Assembly (NCBI GenBank): GCA_001512665.1
Contig: LFSF01000004.1
Span: 349 to 64,348 of the forward strand
From: Clostridiales bacterium DTU073
GTDB lineage: Bacteria > Bacillota > Peptococcia > DRI-13 > DTU073
Length of the DNA: 64,000 bases
Direction: 5' to 3'
A model generated the notes under the pieces. That model saw nothing but the letters and a program-made list of their open reading frames with translations, did no database searches and had not been told where the DNA came from. Below, one piece after another: positions 18,154-28,210 of this stretch. How positions within the stretch are numbered: the first letter of the stretch is position 1; the number at the start of each line of letters is the position of its first letter. Made by a program: the position numbers and the translations under genes.

Positions 18154-19455
18154 ATGTATAGTATAAAGTTCAAGAGGAGATTAAGATACATTTTAATATT
18201 GCTTCTAATTCAAACCATTATGTTTATTACTCCGGTTTTTCAAAAAACGTCATTAGGTGCACCGGCTGAAAACACTGCTGTCGATAAAACTACAATTTAC
18301 TTTTTTTGGAGTAGGGAATGTCATACTTGTGAGGATATAAAACCGTTTCTCGAGGAAATGAAAATCAAATATCCTGGCATAGAAGTGAAAGATTATGAGG
18401 TTTTTGAGCATAAGGAAAATAAGGATTTATTGTTGAAAATGCTGGATGATTATGACTTAGGTTTTTCCGGATTGCCCGTGATTTTTATTGGAGATAGAAC
18501 ATTTCAAAGTTTCGGAGAAACAGCAAAGGCGGATTTAGAAACAGCTATCAGAAGAAATATAGATGAGAACCTAATAGATTTTATGCCCTCAAACGAATCT
18601 AAAGCAATTACTGAATCTAAAACAATTACGCCTATTAATGTTCCTCTCCTTGGCAAAATGGACATTACCAATCTTTCTCTTCCGGTAGTCACAGTATTAC
18701 TGGCGGTAGTTGACAGTTTTAATCCGTGTGCATTTTTTGTACTTTTTTCATTTTTAGGGCTTTTGATTCATGCCAAGTCAAGAAGAAAGATCTTACTAAT
18801 TGGAAGTACCTTTGTTTTCTTTTCAGGTTTATTATATTTCATGTTTATAGCTGCCTGGTTAAATCTTTTCCTAGTATTTCAGCACATAAAAACTATAACA
18901 CTAGTTGCGGGAGTAGTTTCGTTATTCATTGCAGTAATAAATATAAAGGATTTCTTTTTCTTTAAGCAAGGAATATCTCTCACTATATCTGAAGATGCTA
19001 AGACTAAGCTTTTTGTCAGGATGAGAAAACTGATTAAATCTACGTCGCTTCCTTCAATTATTTTGGGAACTATAATTTTGGCGGTTGCAGCTAATTTTTA
19101 TGAGTTGTTTTGTACGGCAGGATTTCCCATGGTATTTACCAGGGTGCTTACTCTAAACAATTTACCTTCTTTAATGTACTATATGTACGTCCTGCTTTAT
19201 ACTCTTGTTTATGTAATTCCTCTGCTGGTTATTGTTTTAGGATTTACTATTACCCTCGGAAAAAGAAATATCTCGGAAGGGCAGGGGAGAGTGCTAAAAT
19301 TTGTGTCCGGAACGATGATGTTAAGTTTGGGTTTGATTTTAATATTAAACCCATCAATACTATATGATCTAACTTTTTCTTTGCGGATATTTTTAGTTAC
19401 TATCTTAGGTTCATTGGTTATTTCATTTTTTCTGTACAGAGGTAAATTAATTTAA
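18154..19455 (+). CDS. Membrane protein fusing an extracytoplasmic thioredoxin-fold domain (CHTC) to a CcdA/DsbD-like transmembrane domain
   Basis: Signal-anchor, then FFWSRECHTCEDIKPFL (Trx/Grx-like CxxC), then a TM domain with DSFNPCAF and ELFCTAGFP Cys motifs. Confidence 0.55.
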   Translation: MYSIKFKRRLRYILILLLIQTIMFITPVFQKTSLGAPAENTAVDKTTIYFFWSRECHTCEDIKPFLEEMKIKYPGIEVKDYEVFEHKENKDLLLKMLDDYDLGFSGLPVIFIGDRTFQSFGETAKADLETAIRRNIDENLIDFMPSNESKAITESKTITPINVPLLGKMDITNLSLPVVTVLLAVVDSFNPCAFFVLFSFLGLLIHAKSRRKILLIGSTFVFFSGLLYFMFIAAWLNLFLVFQHIKTITLVAGVVSLFIAVINIKDFFFFKQGISLTISEDAKTKLFVRMRKLIKSTSLPSIILGTIILAVAANFYELFCTAGFPMVFTRVLTLNNLPSLMYYMYVLLYTLVYVIPLLVIVLGFTITLGKRNISEGQGRVLKFVSGTMMLSLGLILILNPSILYDLTFSLRIFLVTILGSLVISFFLYRGKLI

Positions 19456-19482
19456 TTAAAGCAAAGAATTAATCGGAAATAT

Positions 19483-19519
19483 AAAAAACTGGCAAGCAGA
19501 TTAGCTTGCCAGAATTTTT
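19483..19519. terminator. Bidirectional terminator between convergent genes
   Basis: A6 tract, stem CTGGCAAGC/GCTTGCCAG, then AATTTTT. Overlaps the last codons of the minus-strand gene. Confidence 0.75.
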
Positions 19520-20520
19520 CTCAGCACATCTTTCCCATGGATGATCCTCAACAATTCATCTTCTGTCTTGATGACATCATTCCTTGTTTTAAAGTATCTG
19601 TTTATTTTTATTGCCAGTTTTCTGGAATTCTCATCGAATGAGGAAATAAAATCCACTATGCTGTTGCCTTGATATATTGTATTGAGATAGGGGGCAACAA
19701 TGTATTTCACATCGTTGAGTATGGAGTCTTCTATCCAGTAGTCTATATGTGGAAGGTCTATTTTTTTCTCCATAAGTTTTGTGTAAAGTGCCAGACCATC
19801 TTCTGTGGATTCCCAGAAGTCCACATACACATAGTCGAACTCTTTCAGAAAATTTTCATTGTAGTAGTCGAAAGCGTTGCCGTGGAAGATTTCCAGCTTC
19901 TTAGAGCTTTTAAACTGTGGCCTGATATATTTTTCAAATAAATCGATCACGTCTTGGTTGAATTCAACTACCGTTACACTTTCTACTTCGTCCTTCAAAA
20001 GCCAAAGATAGGGCAGTACTCCGATACCTAGTCCCATGGTCAGACATTTTCCATGACCTTTTTCGATACCGTCTCTCATGCTTTCTATTTCGCTAAGAGC
20101 AGGGGACATCCATACTTTCTCGCCTTCTTTAAGAACCGGCAAATCAATATCTGCTTCAAAGTATCCGAGGGGATGGTAGTGGAACAGGTATTTGCCTATG
20201 GGTTTATGAAAGTTCATACTCATTAAAGTTCTTTTCTTGATCGTTGCTTTCTCATATCTCACAGTTTTAGTATTTACATTGTCAAGTTTAATGTCTCGGT
20301 AATACGGATTTTCAGTTAATAATTTCAGGTCGTATTTTAAGTTATCATGAGGAACATTATACTTTTTCAGTATTTCTATCAGGTTCTTTTCCTTCTGAGG
20401 AGTGAGAACCTTTTCATTATAATTCAAGATATCCGTGATATAGTTTCTTACCTCCATCATGGATAGTAGGAGGTTTTTCATTGCGATATTCAGTTCGGTA
20501 TTTCTTTCAAAGCTAATCAT
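19501..20520 (-). CDS. Class I SAM-dependent methyltransferase / spermidine-synthase-like fold protein, function unknown
   Basis: ATG 20520 follows GAGG. LTMGLGIGVL (motif I-like), VVEFNQDVI and YVYVDFW resemble an aminopropyl/methyltransferase fold. The track start at 20592 is rejected. Confidence 0.5.
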   Translation of the reverse strand: MISFERNTELNIAMKNLLLSMMEVRNYITDILNYNEKVLTPQKEKNLIEILKKYNVPHDNLKYDLKLLTENPYYRDIKLDNVNTKTVRYEKATIKKRTLMSMNFHKPIGKYLFHYHPLGYFEADIDLPVLKEGEKVWMSPALSEIESMRDGIEKGHGKCLTMGLGIGVLPYLWLLKDEVESVTVVEFNQDVIDLFEKYIRPQFKSSKKLEIFHGNAFDYYNENFLKEFDYVYVDFWESTEDGLALYTKLMEKKIDLPHIDYWIEDSILNDVKYIVAPYLNTIYQGNSIVDFISSFDENSRKLAIKINRYFKTRNDVIKTEDELLRIIHGKDVLRKILAS

Positions 20521-20741
20521 TTTTAACCTCAGAAATGCAATTTTAATAATTATACTTATTCGAGAATACCATATGTTTTTGATTTTTGGCAAGTATCCTG
20601 AATTTGTGTTCCTTTATTTTGCTAGCTAAACCACTGTCAATAGAAGGTGTTTTAGATAAAAAAAGGAAAACAGCTATAAATGTCGTATAATTAATATAAT
20701 TGGTAATTTTTAAATTATTATCGGGTAAAGGGGCTGGTTTT

Positions 20742-20966
20742 ATGAGATTAAGGACAAAAATTAACTTAATGATCATATTAGCAGTTGTCTTACCTCCTTT
20801 AATAGGGAATGCTTCCGTAGCTTGGTTGGGCATGGCTCCTTTATCTGGTAGAGAAGGGGCAATTACAGGTCTTATCTGTCTTTCTTTTATTCTGCCCATG
20901 ATTATTGGTGTCAATAATAAAGTCAAATTTATAGAGGAAGTTTTAGCTCAAAATTATACTAAATAA
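20742..20966 (+). CDS. Small 2-TM membrane protein; possibly a detached N-terminal piece of the downstream MCP
   Basis: ATG after AAAGGGG. The MRLRTKINLMIIL start is typical of sensor N-termini. The ORF ends 13 nt before the MCP start in another frame. Confidence 0.4.
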   Translation: MRLRTKINLMIILAVVLPPLIGNASVAWLGMAPLSGREGAITGLICLSFILPMIIGVNNKVKFIEEVLAQNYTK

Positions 20967-20979
20967 TAGAAAACAAGCT

Positions 20980-22494
20980 TTGCAAAGTATTGCGTATGTT
21001 GAAAAATTCTTTCTGTTTTCTTATGTATTGTATAACATTATCTGTCCTATCCTGGCTATTTTTATGTATCATGATGTGAGTCTACATACGCAAATAAACA
21101 TCTTCTTAACGATGTTCCCTCAAATGTTTTTTATTTGTCTTCCTATAGTTTTGGGATTTAATTATCTTTTAGAAAAAAATACGGCTAAATTAGGAATAGA
21201 GGACCTAACTCCTTTAAATATGAAAATAAAATTATTTGCCATCACAGTTTTTACACCTTTAGGAGCCGGTTTGTTGATTACATATATCAACTTAGGGCAA
21301 TTAGCAAATACTACTAATGCTACAGTGTATTATAATACTATTGATAAATTGATTATTGGCAATATTATTGTTCTTATCGGTGCGCTGATAATTTTTTTAA
21401 TCGTGAACAGGGTTATGTATAAACCTTTAACAGAGGTGTTAAATTTATTTAAAGATTTATCACACAATAAGTATACAGTAACTAAAAAATTACCGATTAT
21501 TGTTAAAGATGAAATTGGGTTATTAATTAATTATTTTAATATGTATATAGAACGTCTTAGCTTAATAATTGATAAGATAAAAAGTTCGTCGTACAGTGTT
21601 GAAAACATCTCGAATAGAATACAAGACGTCTCAGTTGGAACAAATCTATGTATTAAAGCTATAAATAATGATACAACAGCATTAAGCCAAAGTATTGAAA
21701 ACTATGCCTCCGCTACAGAGGAATTGATTGATATAGCAAATAATATGACTCTCTTAACGCAAGAGTTATCGCAAAGTTCAACAGAGGTTAAAGACATCAG
21801 TAAACAATCAATCGGAAAAGCGGAAGAAGGGAAGAATAAACTTGATCTTGTTATAGAAAATATTAAACAAATTGAAAGGTCAGTTAAAATCTCAACAGAT
21901 AATATTCTTGATTTCTCCAATAAGTCCAAACAAATTAGTGAGATTGCCGCCACAATTTCTCAAATAGCTAAGCAAACAAATATGTTGTCTTTGAATGCTG
22001 CCATAGAAGCAGCCAGAGCCGGTGAATCGGGAAAAGGATTTGCGGTAGTTGCAGATGAAATAAGGAAACTTTCCGAGAATACATCTAAATCAATAGAAAT
22101 GGTTAATCAGATTGTACAGGATATCAATGAAAGTATGCATAAGGTTGTAAATCAGATGACCAAAAGCCATTCTGAAATTAAAAAAGGAACAGAAAACATC
22201 TTAGCTATGGGACAATTACTTAGTGAGGTTATCCATTCTTATATCGAAATTAGTACACAAATTGATTCATTCCATGAAAAGGTTTTAAATGAAGTGGAAA
22301 CGGTTAAAACTATTGAAGAATATATTAGAAATGTTGCTGTGACAGCAGAACAACAAGTTGAGAAATCACTGAATATCAATGAGGCTGTGCAAAAGAAAGA
22401 AGATGATGTTAGAATGTTAGCGATGTCTGCTTATGAATTAAATAGAATTGTTCATGAACTTTCTGATGTATCTAGACAGATTAATACTAAATAA
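20980..22494 (+). CDS. Methyl-accepting chemotaxis protein (4 TM, HAMP, signalling domain)
   Basis: Highly conserved signalling hairpin [38 protein letters not shown] start. Confidence 0.9.
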   Translation: MQSIAYVEKFFLFSYVLYNIICPILAIFMYHDVSLHTQINIFLTMFPQMFFICLPIVLGFNYLLEKNTAKLGIEDLTPLNMKIKLFAITVFTPLGAGLLITYINLGQLANTTNATVYYNTIDKLIIGNIIVLIGALIIFLIVNRVMYKPLTEVLNLFKDLSHNKYTVTKKLPIIVKDEIGLLINYFNMYIERLSLIIDKIKSSSYSVENISNRIQDVSVGTNLCIKAINNDTTALSQSIENYASATEELIDIANNMTLLTQELSQSSTEVKDISKQSIGKAEEGKNKLDLVIENIKQIERSVKISTDNILDFSNKSKQISEIAATISQIAKQTNMLSLNAAIEAARAGESGKGFAVVADEIRKLSENTSKSIEMVNQIVQDINESMHKVVNQMTKSHSEIKKGTENILAMGQLLSEVIHSYIEISTQIDSFHEKVLNEVETVKTIEEYIRNVAVTAEQQVEKSLNINEAVQKKEDDVRMLAMSAYELNRIVHELSDVSRQINTK

Positions 22495-22517
22495 TTAGTT
22501 AGAAATAAAAAATTAGG

Positions 22518-22565
22518 GGGTTGCTGTTAGGGCACATTGGTGCAAACAGCAACCCTTATTTTTTA
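22518..22565 (+). terminator. Rho-independent terminator after the MCP gene
   Basis: Stem GGGTTGCTGTT/AACAGCAACCC followed by TTATTTTTT. Confidence 0.85.
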
Positions 22566-22704
22566 TCGATCCAATGGTTGTACTTTGGAGTATTGAAGAT
22601 TCGCCGGTATACTGTGGGAAAAAGTGGCATATTGTTGAATAAATGATTCTTTGCTATACTTTTATCGTAATGAGATTTTTCTATTTGTTTCGGGAGGAGA
22701 CAAA

Positions 22705-23025
22705 ATGATTGTTACCACAACTAATACTGTTCAGGGGAGAAAAATCATAGAATACAAAGGAATTGTTTTTGGAGAGGTAATTACAGGAATAAAATTTTAC
22801 AAAAATTTCGCTGCAGAATTGACTAATTTTTTTGGGGGAAGACTTTTTTCCAATGAGGGTGAACTGGTGGAAGCCCGAAAAAAGGCCTTAATAGAGTTAG
22901 CGAGGCAAGCCGATTTATTAGGAGCGAATGCAGTTGTCGGAGTAAGCTTAGATTATGAAGTTTTAGGGAAAAAAAGAAACATGTTTTTGGTAACAGCCTC
23001 AGGTACTGCAGTATTAGTAGAATAG
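22705..23025 (+). CDS. ybjQ: YbjQ family protein (UPF0145, putative heavy-metal-binding domain)
   Basis: MIVTTTNTVQGRKIxEYKGIVxGE...GANAVVGV is canonical UPF0145. ATG 22705 follows GGGAGGAG. Confidence 0.85.
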   Translation: MIVTTTNTVQGRKIIEYKGIVFGEVITGIKFYKNFAAELTNFFGGRLFSNEGELVEARKKALIELARQADLLGANAVVGVSLDYEVLGKKRNMFLVTASGTAVLVE

Positions 23026-23071
23026 GGAAAGAATAATATTCAAATGCAGATAGAAAGGGGAAATAAACAAG

Positions 23072-23755
23072 ATGAGAAACAAGTTAATCGTTGGAGTTAT
23101 GTTAATTGTCTTAATGCTGTCAGCAACTGCTTGCGGTACAGAACAACTGCCGGATAATAATGAAAATAAAATAAATGGCAAGGACAAGGGTGAAGTAACA
23201 AATAAAATTGAATATGAGTATACAGAGGAAGGGTTAATAAAGCCGGAAATAGCCAAAGAAGTAATTAAAGAAACCTCCGATCAAGTAATTAAGGCGATCA
23301 AAGAAAAGGATATGGCTGTACTTTCTGATTTTGTTCATCCGGAAAAGGGAGTAAGGTTTACTCCTTATACCTATGTTTCAGTCAAAGATGATGTTGTTTT
23401 TACTAAAGAAGAGATCAAAGGATTCTTTGCTGACGAAAATGAATATCTGTGGGGTTACTACGACGGAACCGGTGATGAAATCAGATTAACACCTGCAGAG
23501 TATTATGCAGAGTTTATTTATTCAGCTGATTTTATTGCTGCTGAGCAGGTTGGCTATAATGAAGTTTTAAGCTTTGGCAATATGTTGGAAAATCAATTTG
23601 AAATATATGAAAACGCCATAGTTGTAGAATACTACTTCCCCGGCTTTGAGGCTAAATATGAAGGTATGGATTGGAAAAGCCTGAGATTAGCCTTTCAAGA
23701 ACACGAAGGAACATGGTATTTAGTTGGCGTAATTCATAATAAATGGACGATTTAG
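23072..23755 (+). CDS. Lipoprotein of unknown function
   Basis: Signal peptide with lipobox LSATAC. 227 aa. No family recognised. Confidence 0.6.
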   Translation: MRNKLIVGVMLIVLMLSATACGTEQLPDNNENKINGKDKGEVTNKIEYEYTEEGLIKPEIAKEVIKETSDQVIKAIKEKDMAVLSDFVHPEKGVRFTPYTYVSVKDDVVFTKEEIKGFFADENEYLWGYYDGTGDEIRLTPAEYYAEFIYSADFIAAEQVGYNEVLSFGNMLENQFEIYENAIVVEYYFPGFEAKYEGMDWKSLRLAFQEHEGTWYLVGVIHNKWTI

Positions 23756-24277
23756 TTAATCATTTAAAGTGAACTGCCAAATGCAGTGATAATTCTTATC
23801 TTGAATTTCGGGATGGCAACTTAAGCATTCGGTTGTAAAACGTTCGTCTATAGTTTTAGCAAACAACCCATATTCAATAATTCCCACTGATTTACATGGA
23901 AAATCAGGTAATCCTTTTCTTTTTCTCGCGGCTTGAACCCGGCAAGTTTTCACACGATAGAGGATGACGTTTTCCTTTTCCAGCACGATTTCATCCTCAT
24001 TGAGGGGAGCGTATAGCCTAAAGGAAAGAGCCTTTTTTAAGCCTGAGATGCCGGAATGAGGGCCAAGCTCTAAAAAATCAATTAATCGTTTTGCCTCAAT
24101 AACCGTAAACTTTCTCCAGGCTTCTTGATCCAGCTCAATAGCCAGATCCATGCCTAGCTTTTGTTCGATGGCTTGGAACTATAAACCGTCATGAGAGAGC
24201 CAATTCTTGGCATAAATAGTATTGAGTTCTAATAGCTTTTCTTTCGATAGATCCTGGATTTTTTCTGCTTTGATCAT
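23756..24277 (-). pseudogene. DUF6125 / ATC-hydrolase-like cytosolic protein gene interrupted by one in-frame TAG (24179-24181)
   Basis: ATG 24277 with AAGGAG 10 nt upstream. The frame runs MIKAEKIQDLSKEKLLELNTIYAKNWLSHDGL-TAG-FQAIEQKLGMDLAIELDQEAW and continues into the 131-aa track ORF. TCRVQAARKRKGLPDFPCKSVG is a family motif. Confidence 0.7.
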
Positions 24278-24323
24278 TGCAATCAATCTCCTTCATTTTT
24301 TTATTGATTAATTCTTGAGTTAT

Positions 24324-25340
24324 TTATAAAGTCGAATTTAGTAAATTTCCAGCCAGATAGAGTATATAGACAAGAATTAAGATGATGCCTTGTTTTTTAC
24401 TGATATCGTTAATCTTTTTATTATAGGCAAAAAAGCTAAATACTGTCATTACTATGAAAAGACCCAAGAAATGAATTTTATAGAAGACTTGTGTTACCGG
24501 AATACCTCCCGGTGTTAAAGCTACGGATGCTCCGGTAACAAACAATATATTTAAAATGTTGGCACCTATAATATTACCGATTGCTAACCCACCATGATTT
24601 TGTTTAGCAGCTACAATGCAAGTACTTAGTTCAGGTACACTTGTTCCGAAAGCAACTAAAGTAGCGGAAATTACTAAATCAGGAACATGTATTCTTTCAG
24701 CGAGGATTTCCGCAGATGCGACTAAAGCAGCAGCACTAAAGGCAATAACAAATGCGGCAGTAAAAATCTTGACTATAGCAATTAATATAGTGATATTTTT
24801 GGATTTCTCAGTATTTGTGCTGCTTTCAGCAGAATCATTAGCTTTATCCTTTTTTTCTTGACTAATTAAATAATAGATATAAACCGGAAGAAGCAGGATA
24901 AAAATTAATCCCAACCACTGGGGAATAAGCCCACTTTCATTTCCGATTTTATAAGGTATGGTCGGCAATATTAACAGAATAACTACAGCTATTAGAATAC
25001 TAAATTTATGTGACGTTTTTTTATCTACAGGAATATTTCCAAACAGGGCACTAATGCCAAGGATTAAGCTTGTGTTTGTAATAACGGACCCAACGGCATT
25101 ACCTAGTGCAAAGTCACCATTTCCCTGTATTGCAGCTGTTACAGAGGCAGATAGTTCCGGAAGGGTTGTTCCGAGTGAAACTATTGTTGCGCCGATTATC
25201 AATTCCGGTAGTCCTAAAATTTCCGAAAGTTTTACAGCATTATTAACGAAAAAATCTGCTGCCTTTGATAAGACAAATAAAGATAATCCTAAAACCAATA
25301 AAATAATCAAGATATTTAAGTTTACTAATATTTGATACAT
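24324..25340 (-). CDS. Ca2+/Na+ antiporter (CaCA family, YrbG-like)
   Basis: Two alpha-repeats, GTTLPELSASV and GTSVPELSTCI. 338 aa with about 10 TM segments. Confidence 0.88.
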   Translation of the reverse strand: MYQILVNLNILIILLVLGLSLFVLSKAADFFVNNAVKLSEILGLPELIIGATIVSLGTTLPELSASVTAAIQGNGDFALGNAVGSVITNTSLILGISALFGNIPVDKKTSHKFSILIAVVILLILPTIPYKIGNESGLIPQWLGLIFILLLPVYIYYLISQEKKDKANDSAESSTNTEKSKNITILIAIVKIFTAAFVIAFSAAALVASAEILAERIHVPDLVISATLVAFGTSVPELSTCIVAAKQNHGGLAIGNIIGANILNILFVTGASVALTPGGIPVTQVFYKIHFLGLFIVMTVFSFFAYNKKINDISKKQGIILILVYILYLAGNLLNSTL

Positions 25341-25681
25341 ATTCCATCTCCTTTATTCTGATTTAGTCTGAAAATATCGTTATTATAGTTTTATACATTA
25401 CAGATAAATACAAAATTTGTCAATTAGTATTTCATAAGTAAGATCCCTTGGCGATTCAGAGGAATATTCAGATTCTGCGTGATATTTTTCAGTATGCCAT
25501 TTGTTTAAAACAGTAGAACTCACTAATGTATTGGGGGGTAATCTTAAACTTGTTGATTCCGGATAAAGCTTTATTAGTTGACTTTTAAAATCCGCTGCGG
25601 TTGTGATTGGAACACGAACACCAAATATTCATTTTTAAGAATATGAAACTTCACATCAGCAATTACGGGATATTTTGCTTC

Positions 25682-26308
25682 TCACCAAGCTATATTGTTA
25701 ATAGCAGGTGAAAGATCGTCCGCATCAAGCTGATGTACTATTTCGATAAGTTCTGCCAGCGTCTCTTTAGTTTCGGCGAAATCACGTACATCACTCCCGA
25801 TGATCCTTTCGGCGTCAGCTCGGGTATAGGTATATGTGAATGGCAGTGAGGAAAGTGCTTCGTTATTCCAAAAACCAAGATGAGTGACTTCATCAGCATT
25901 TTCGATTAGAGCAAAAAGTAAGATAGAGTTTTTTAGGAACTGCTCCTCATTTTTGATAAATGCTATATCTTTTAGGTCAATAGAGTCATCCTTTAAATGA
26001 TAGTGAAAAGTCATCCTATAAGGGGGTTTTTCAGTAGAAAGTTTAAGAATTCCACGCGTAAGCCCTTCCGGTAAAGGCATACCCTTGTTGAGTGTTTCAA
26101 CCTTGACATGATTGCCGATATAAGGGGTTTTGTTTTCGAACAAGAAATTAACATCGTATCCTGTAGAATGTTCGCCATTTTTGCCTGTAACGGTATAACC
26201 ATTAGCATTATATTGATTAGTAATTAATAATCTTGTAATAAATATTAGGGCAATAAGGAAAAAGGTAATAACCGCAAATGCGGTTATTTTATTATTTAAT
26301 AATCTCAT
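25682..26308 (-). CDS. DUF4825 domain membrane-anchored protein
   Basis: N-terminal TM anchor. NKTPYIGNHVKVETLNKGMPLP matches the DUF4825 pattern. Confidence 0.65.
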   Translation of the reverse strand: MRLLNNKITAFAVITFFLIALIFITRLLITNQYNANGYTVTGKNGEHSTGYDVNFLFENKTPYIGNHVKVETLNKGMPLPEGLTRGILKLSTEKPPYRMTFHYHLKDDSIDLKDIAFIKNEEQFLKNSILLFALIENADEVTHLGFWNNEALSSLPFTYTYTRADAERIIGSDVRDFAETKETLAELIEIVHQLDADDLSPAINNIAW

Positions 26309-26580
26309 TTATCTGCTCCTTTCGGCAATAATTTGCCGTTTAATTCTTGGAGATATTCAAATAATAGTCGTATTTATAATTAGATTATCGTAGCCATTAT
26401 CTTCTGTCAATTAAATCTGACCAACATTTATTTGACATAAACACAAGAAGAGTATTAATATTAAAACTGATATTTGTTCTTTCGGATGTAAATAGTATTA
26501 TCTAGCTTTTTAAATGAATATGTTTTATATTAAATAATGTGTGTATTTTTATGCAAGAATTAATATTAAGGAGGAAGTAA

Positions 26581-28134
26581 ATGAGTGGAGATATTCAAAT
26601 TTTAATAGCCATGGGTTTATACATGACCGTGGTTGTGGGTATTGGTTTGCATTACGCTAAGCGTGCCAGTGAAAGCAGTAAAAATTATCTTCTTGGTGGC
26701 AGGTCAATGAATCCCTGGATTGTAGCCCTAGGAGCCGAAGCTTCTGATATGAGTGGCTGGTTATTGATGGGGCTTCCGGGAGTTGCTTACTTTTTTGGTC
26801 TGGCTGATGCCGCGTGGACGGCCATTGGGTTGGCCATAGGGACTTATTTAAACTGGTTATTGGTAGCAAAAAGGCTTCGCCGTTATTCGTATGTTGCCGG
26901 TGATGCCATCACCATACCTGATTTTTTTAGTAACAGATTTAAAGAAGACAAGAAGATTATTTTGACTATAGCGGCATTATTTATTTTGATATTTTTTACT
27001 GTATATGCGGCAAGTTGTTTTGTTACAGTAGGAAAGCTTTTTAGTACATTATTTGGTATCAAATATGTGTATATGATGATAGCAGGAGCTTTATTCGTAC
27101 TATTCTATACATTTATAGGAGGTTTTTTGGCTGAAAGTGCTTCTGACTTTATGCAGGGTTGTGTAATGGTATTTGCTTTAACGGCAGTGGTAATCACCGG
27201 TATTGCTGCTGCCGGGGGAATTTCGGCCATTATCGAAAATGCCAAGGCTATACCGGGTTTTTTTGATTTTTTTGGTATTGCTCAACCTACTCTTGTTAAT
27301 GGGGTTCAACAGGTGGAGGCAGGTCAGCCTTTATTCGGACCGGCCGGGACATACGGATTTTTAACGATAATATCCACATTATCCTGGGGTTTAGGTTATT
27401 TTGGGATGCCCCATATCTTATTAAAGTTCATGTCCATCAAGAAGATTAATGACTTAACCTTATCCAGAAGAATTGCTGTTATTTGGGTGATAATCTCTCT
27501 TACTGCTGCTGTTGCCATTGGTATTATCGGTAGGGTGCTGTATCCGGCTCAGTTTTTAACCCAAAGTGCTGCAGAAAGCATCTTTGTCTTAATGTCTACT
27601 AATTTCTTTATTCCCCTAATTGCAGGAATTATTATGGCGGGTATACTTGCTGCAACAATTAGTTCTTCAGATTCATATTTGTTGATTGCAGCTTCTGCCT
27701 TTTCCAAGAATTTATATCAAGGGATTATGAAAAAGGATGCTAGTGATAAAGCGATTTTGATTGCGTCTAAAGTTACCTTGGTTATTATTGCGATTATTGC
27801 CATGATTATTGCCTTAGATGAAAACAGTGTTATCTTTAAGGTAGTTTCCTTTGCCTGGGCCGGTTTTGGCGCTACCTTTGGACCGATCATGTTATTTTCT
27901 TTATTCTGGAGGAGGGTCACTAGATCTGGGGCAATAGCCGGGATGTTATCCGGGGGAGCAATGGTCTTTATTTGGAATTTACTCATTAAGCCGTTAGGAG
28001 GAGTATTTGGTATTTATGAATTATTACCGGCATTTTTGACTTCTTGTCTGTTTATAGTTGTTGTTTCCTTATTATCGAAAGAACCTTCGCAAGAGATTTT
28101 GGACGAATTTGATTTTGTAGAGGCCAGTAATTAA
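26581..28134 (+). CDS. putP: Sodium/proline symporter (SSS family)
   Basis: 517 aa. GGRSMNPWIVALGAEASDMSGWLLMGLPG is the PutP signature region. Confidence 0.9.
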   Translation: MSGDIQILIAMGLYMTVVVGIGLHYAKRASESSKNYLLGGRSMNPWIVALGAEASDMSGWLLMGLPGVAYFFGLADAAWTAIGLAIGTYLNWLLVAKRLRRYSYVAGDAITIPDFFSNRFKEDKKIILTIAALFILIFFTVYAASCFVTVGKLFSTLFGIKYVYMMIAGALFVLFYTFIGGFLAESASDFMQGCVMVFALTAVVITGIAAAGGISAIIENAKAIPGFFDFFGIAQPTLVNGVQQVEAGQPLFGPAGTYGFLTIISTLSWGLGYFGMPHILLKFMSIKKINDLTLSRRIAVIWVIISLTAAVAIGIIGRVLYPAQFLTQSAAESIFVLMSTNFFIPLIAGIIMAGILAATISSSDSYLLIAASAFSKNLYQGIMKKDASDKAILIASKVTLVIIAIIAMIIALDENSVIFKVVSFAWAGFGATFGPIMLFSLFWRRVTRSGAIAGMLSGGAMVFIWNLLIKPLGGVFGIYELLPAFLTSCLFIVVVSLLSKEPSQEILDEFDFVEASN

Positions 28135-28175
28135 AAAGCAAAAGATAGAGAATAAAGTTTGGTATTTGCTAAAAA

Positions 28176-28210
28176 GGCTACCGCTGAAAATCCGGCGGTA
28201 GTCTTTTTAT
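28176..28210 (+). terminator. Rho-independent terminator after putP
   Basis: Stem GGCTACCGC/GCGGTAGTC (one G-U pair) followed by TTTTTAT. Confidence 0.8.

Noticed and set aside
24179-24181. Reading the in-frame TAG as evidence for pyrrolysine or a reassigned amber codon
   Set aside because: TAG is the terminator of at least ten ordinary genes in this window. No pyl genes or methylamine methyltransferases are present here, and the family residue I recall at this position is Trp (one transition away). It is kept as a finding, but recoding is the least likely explanation.
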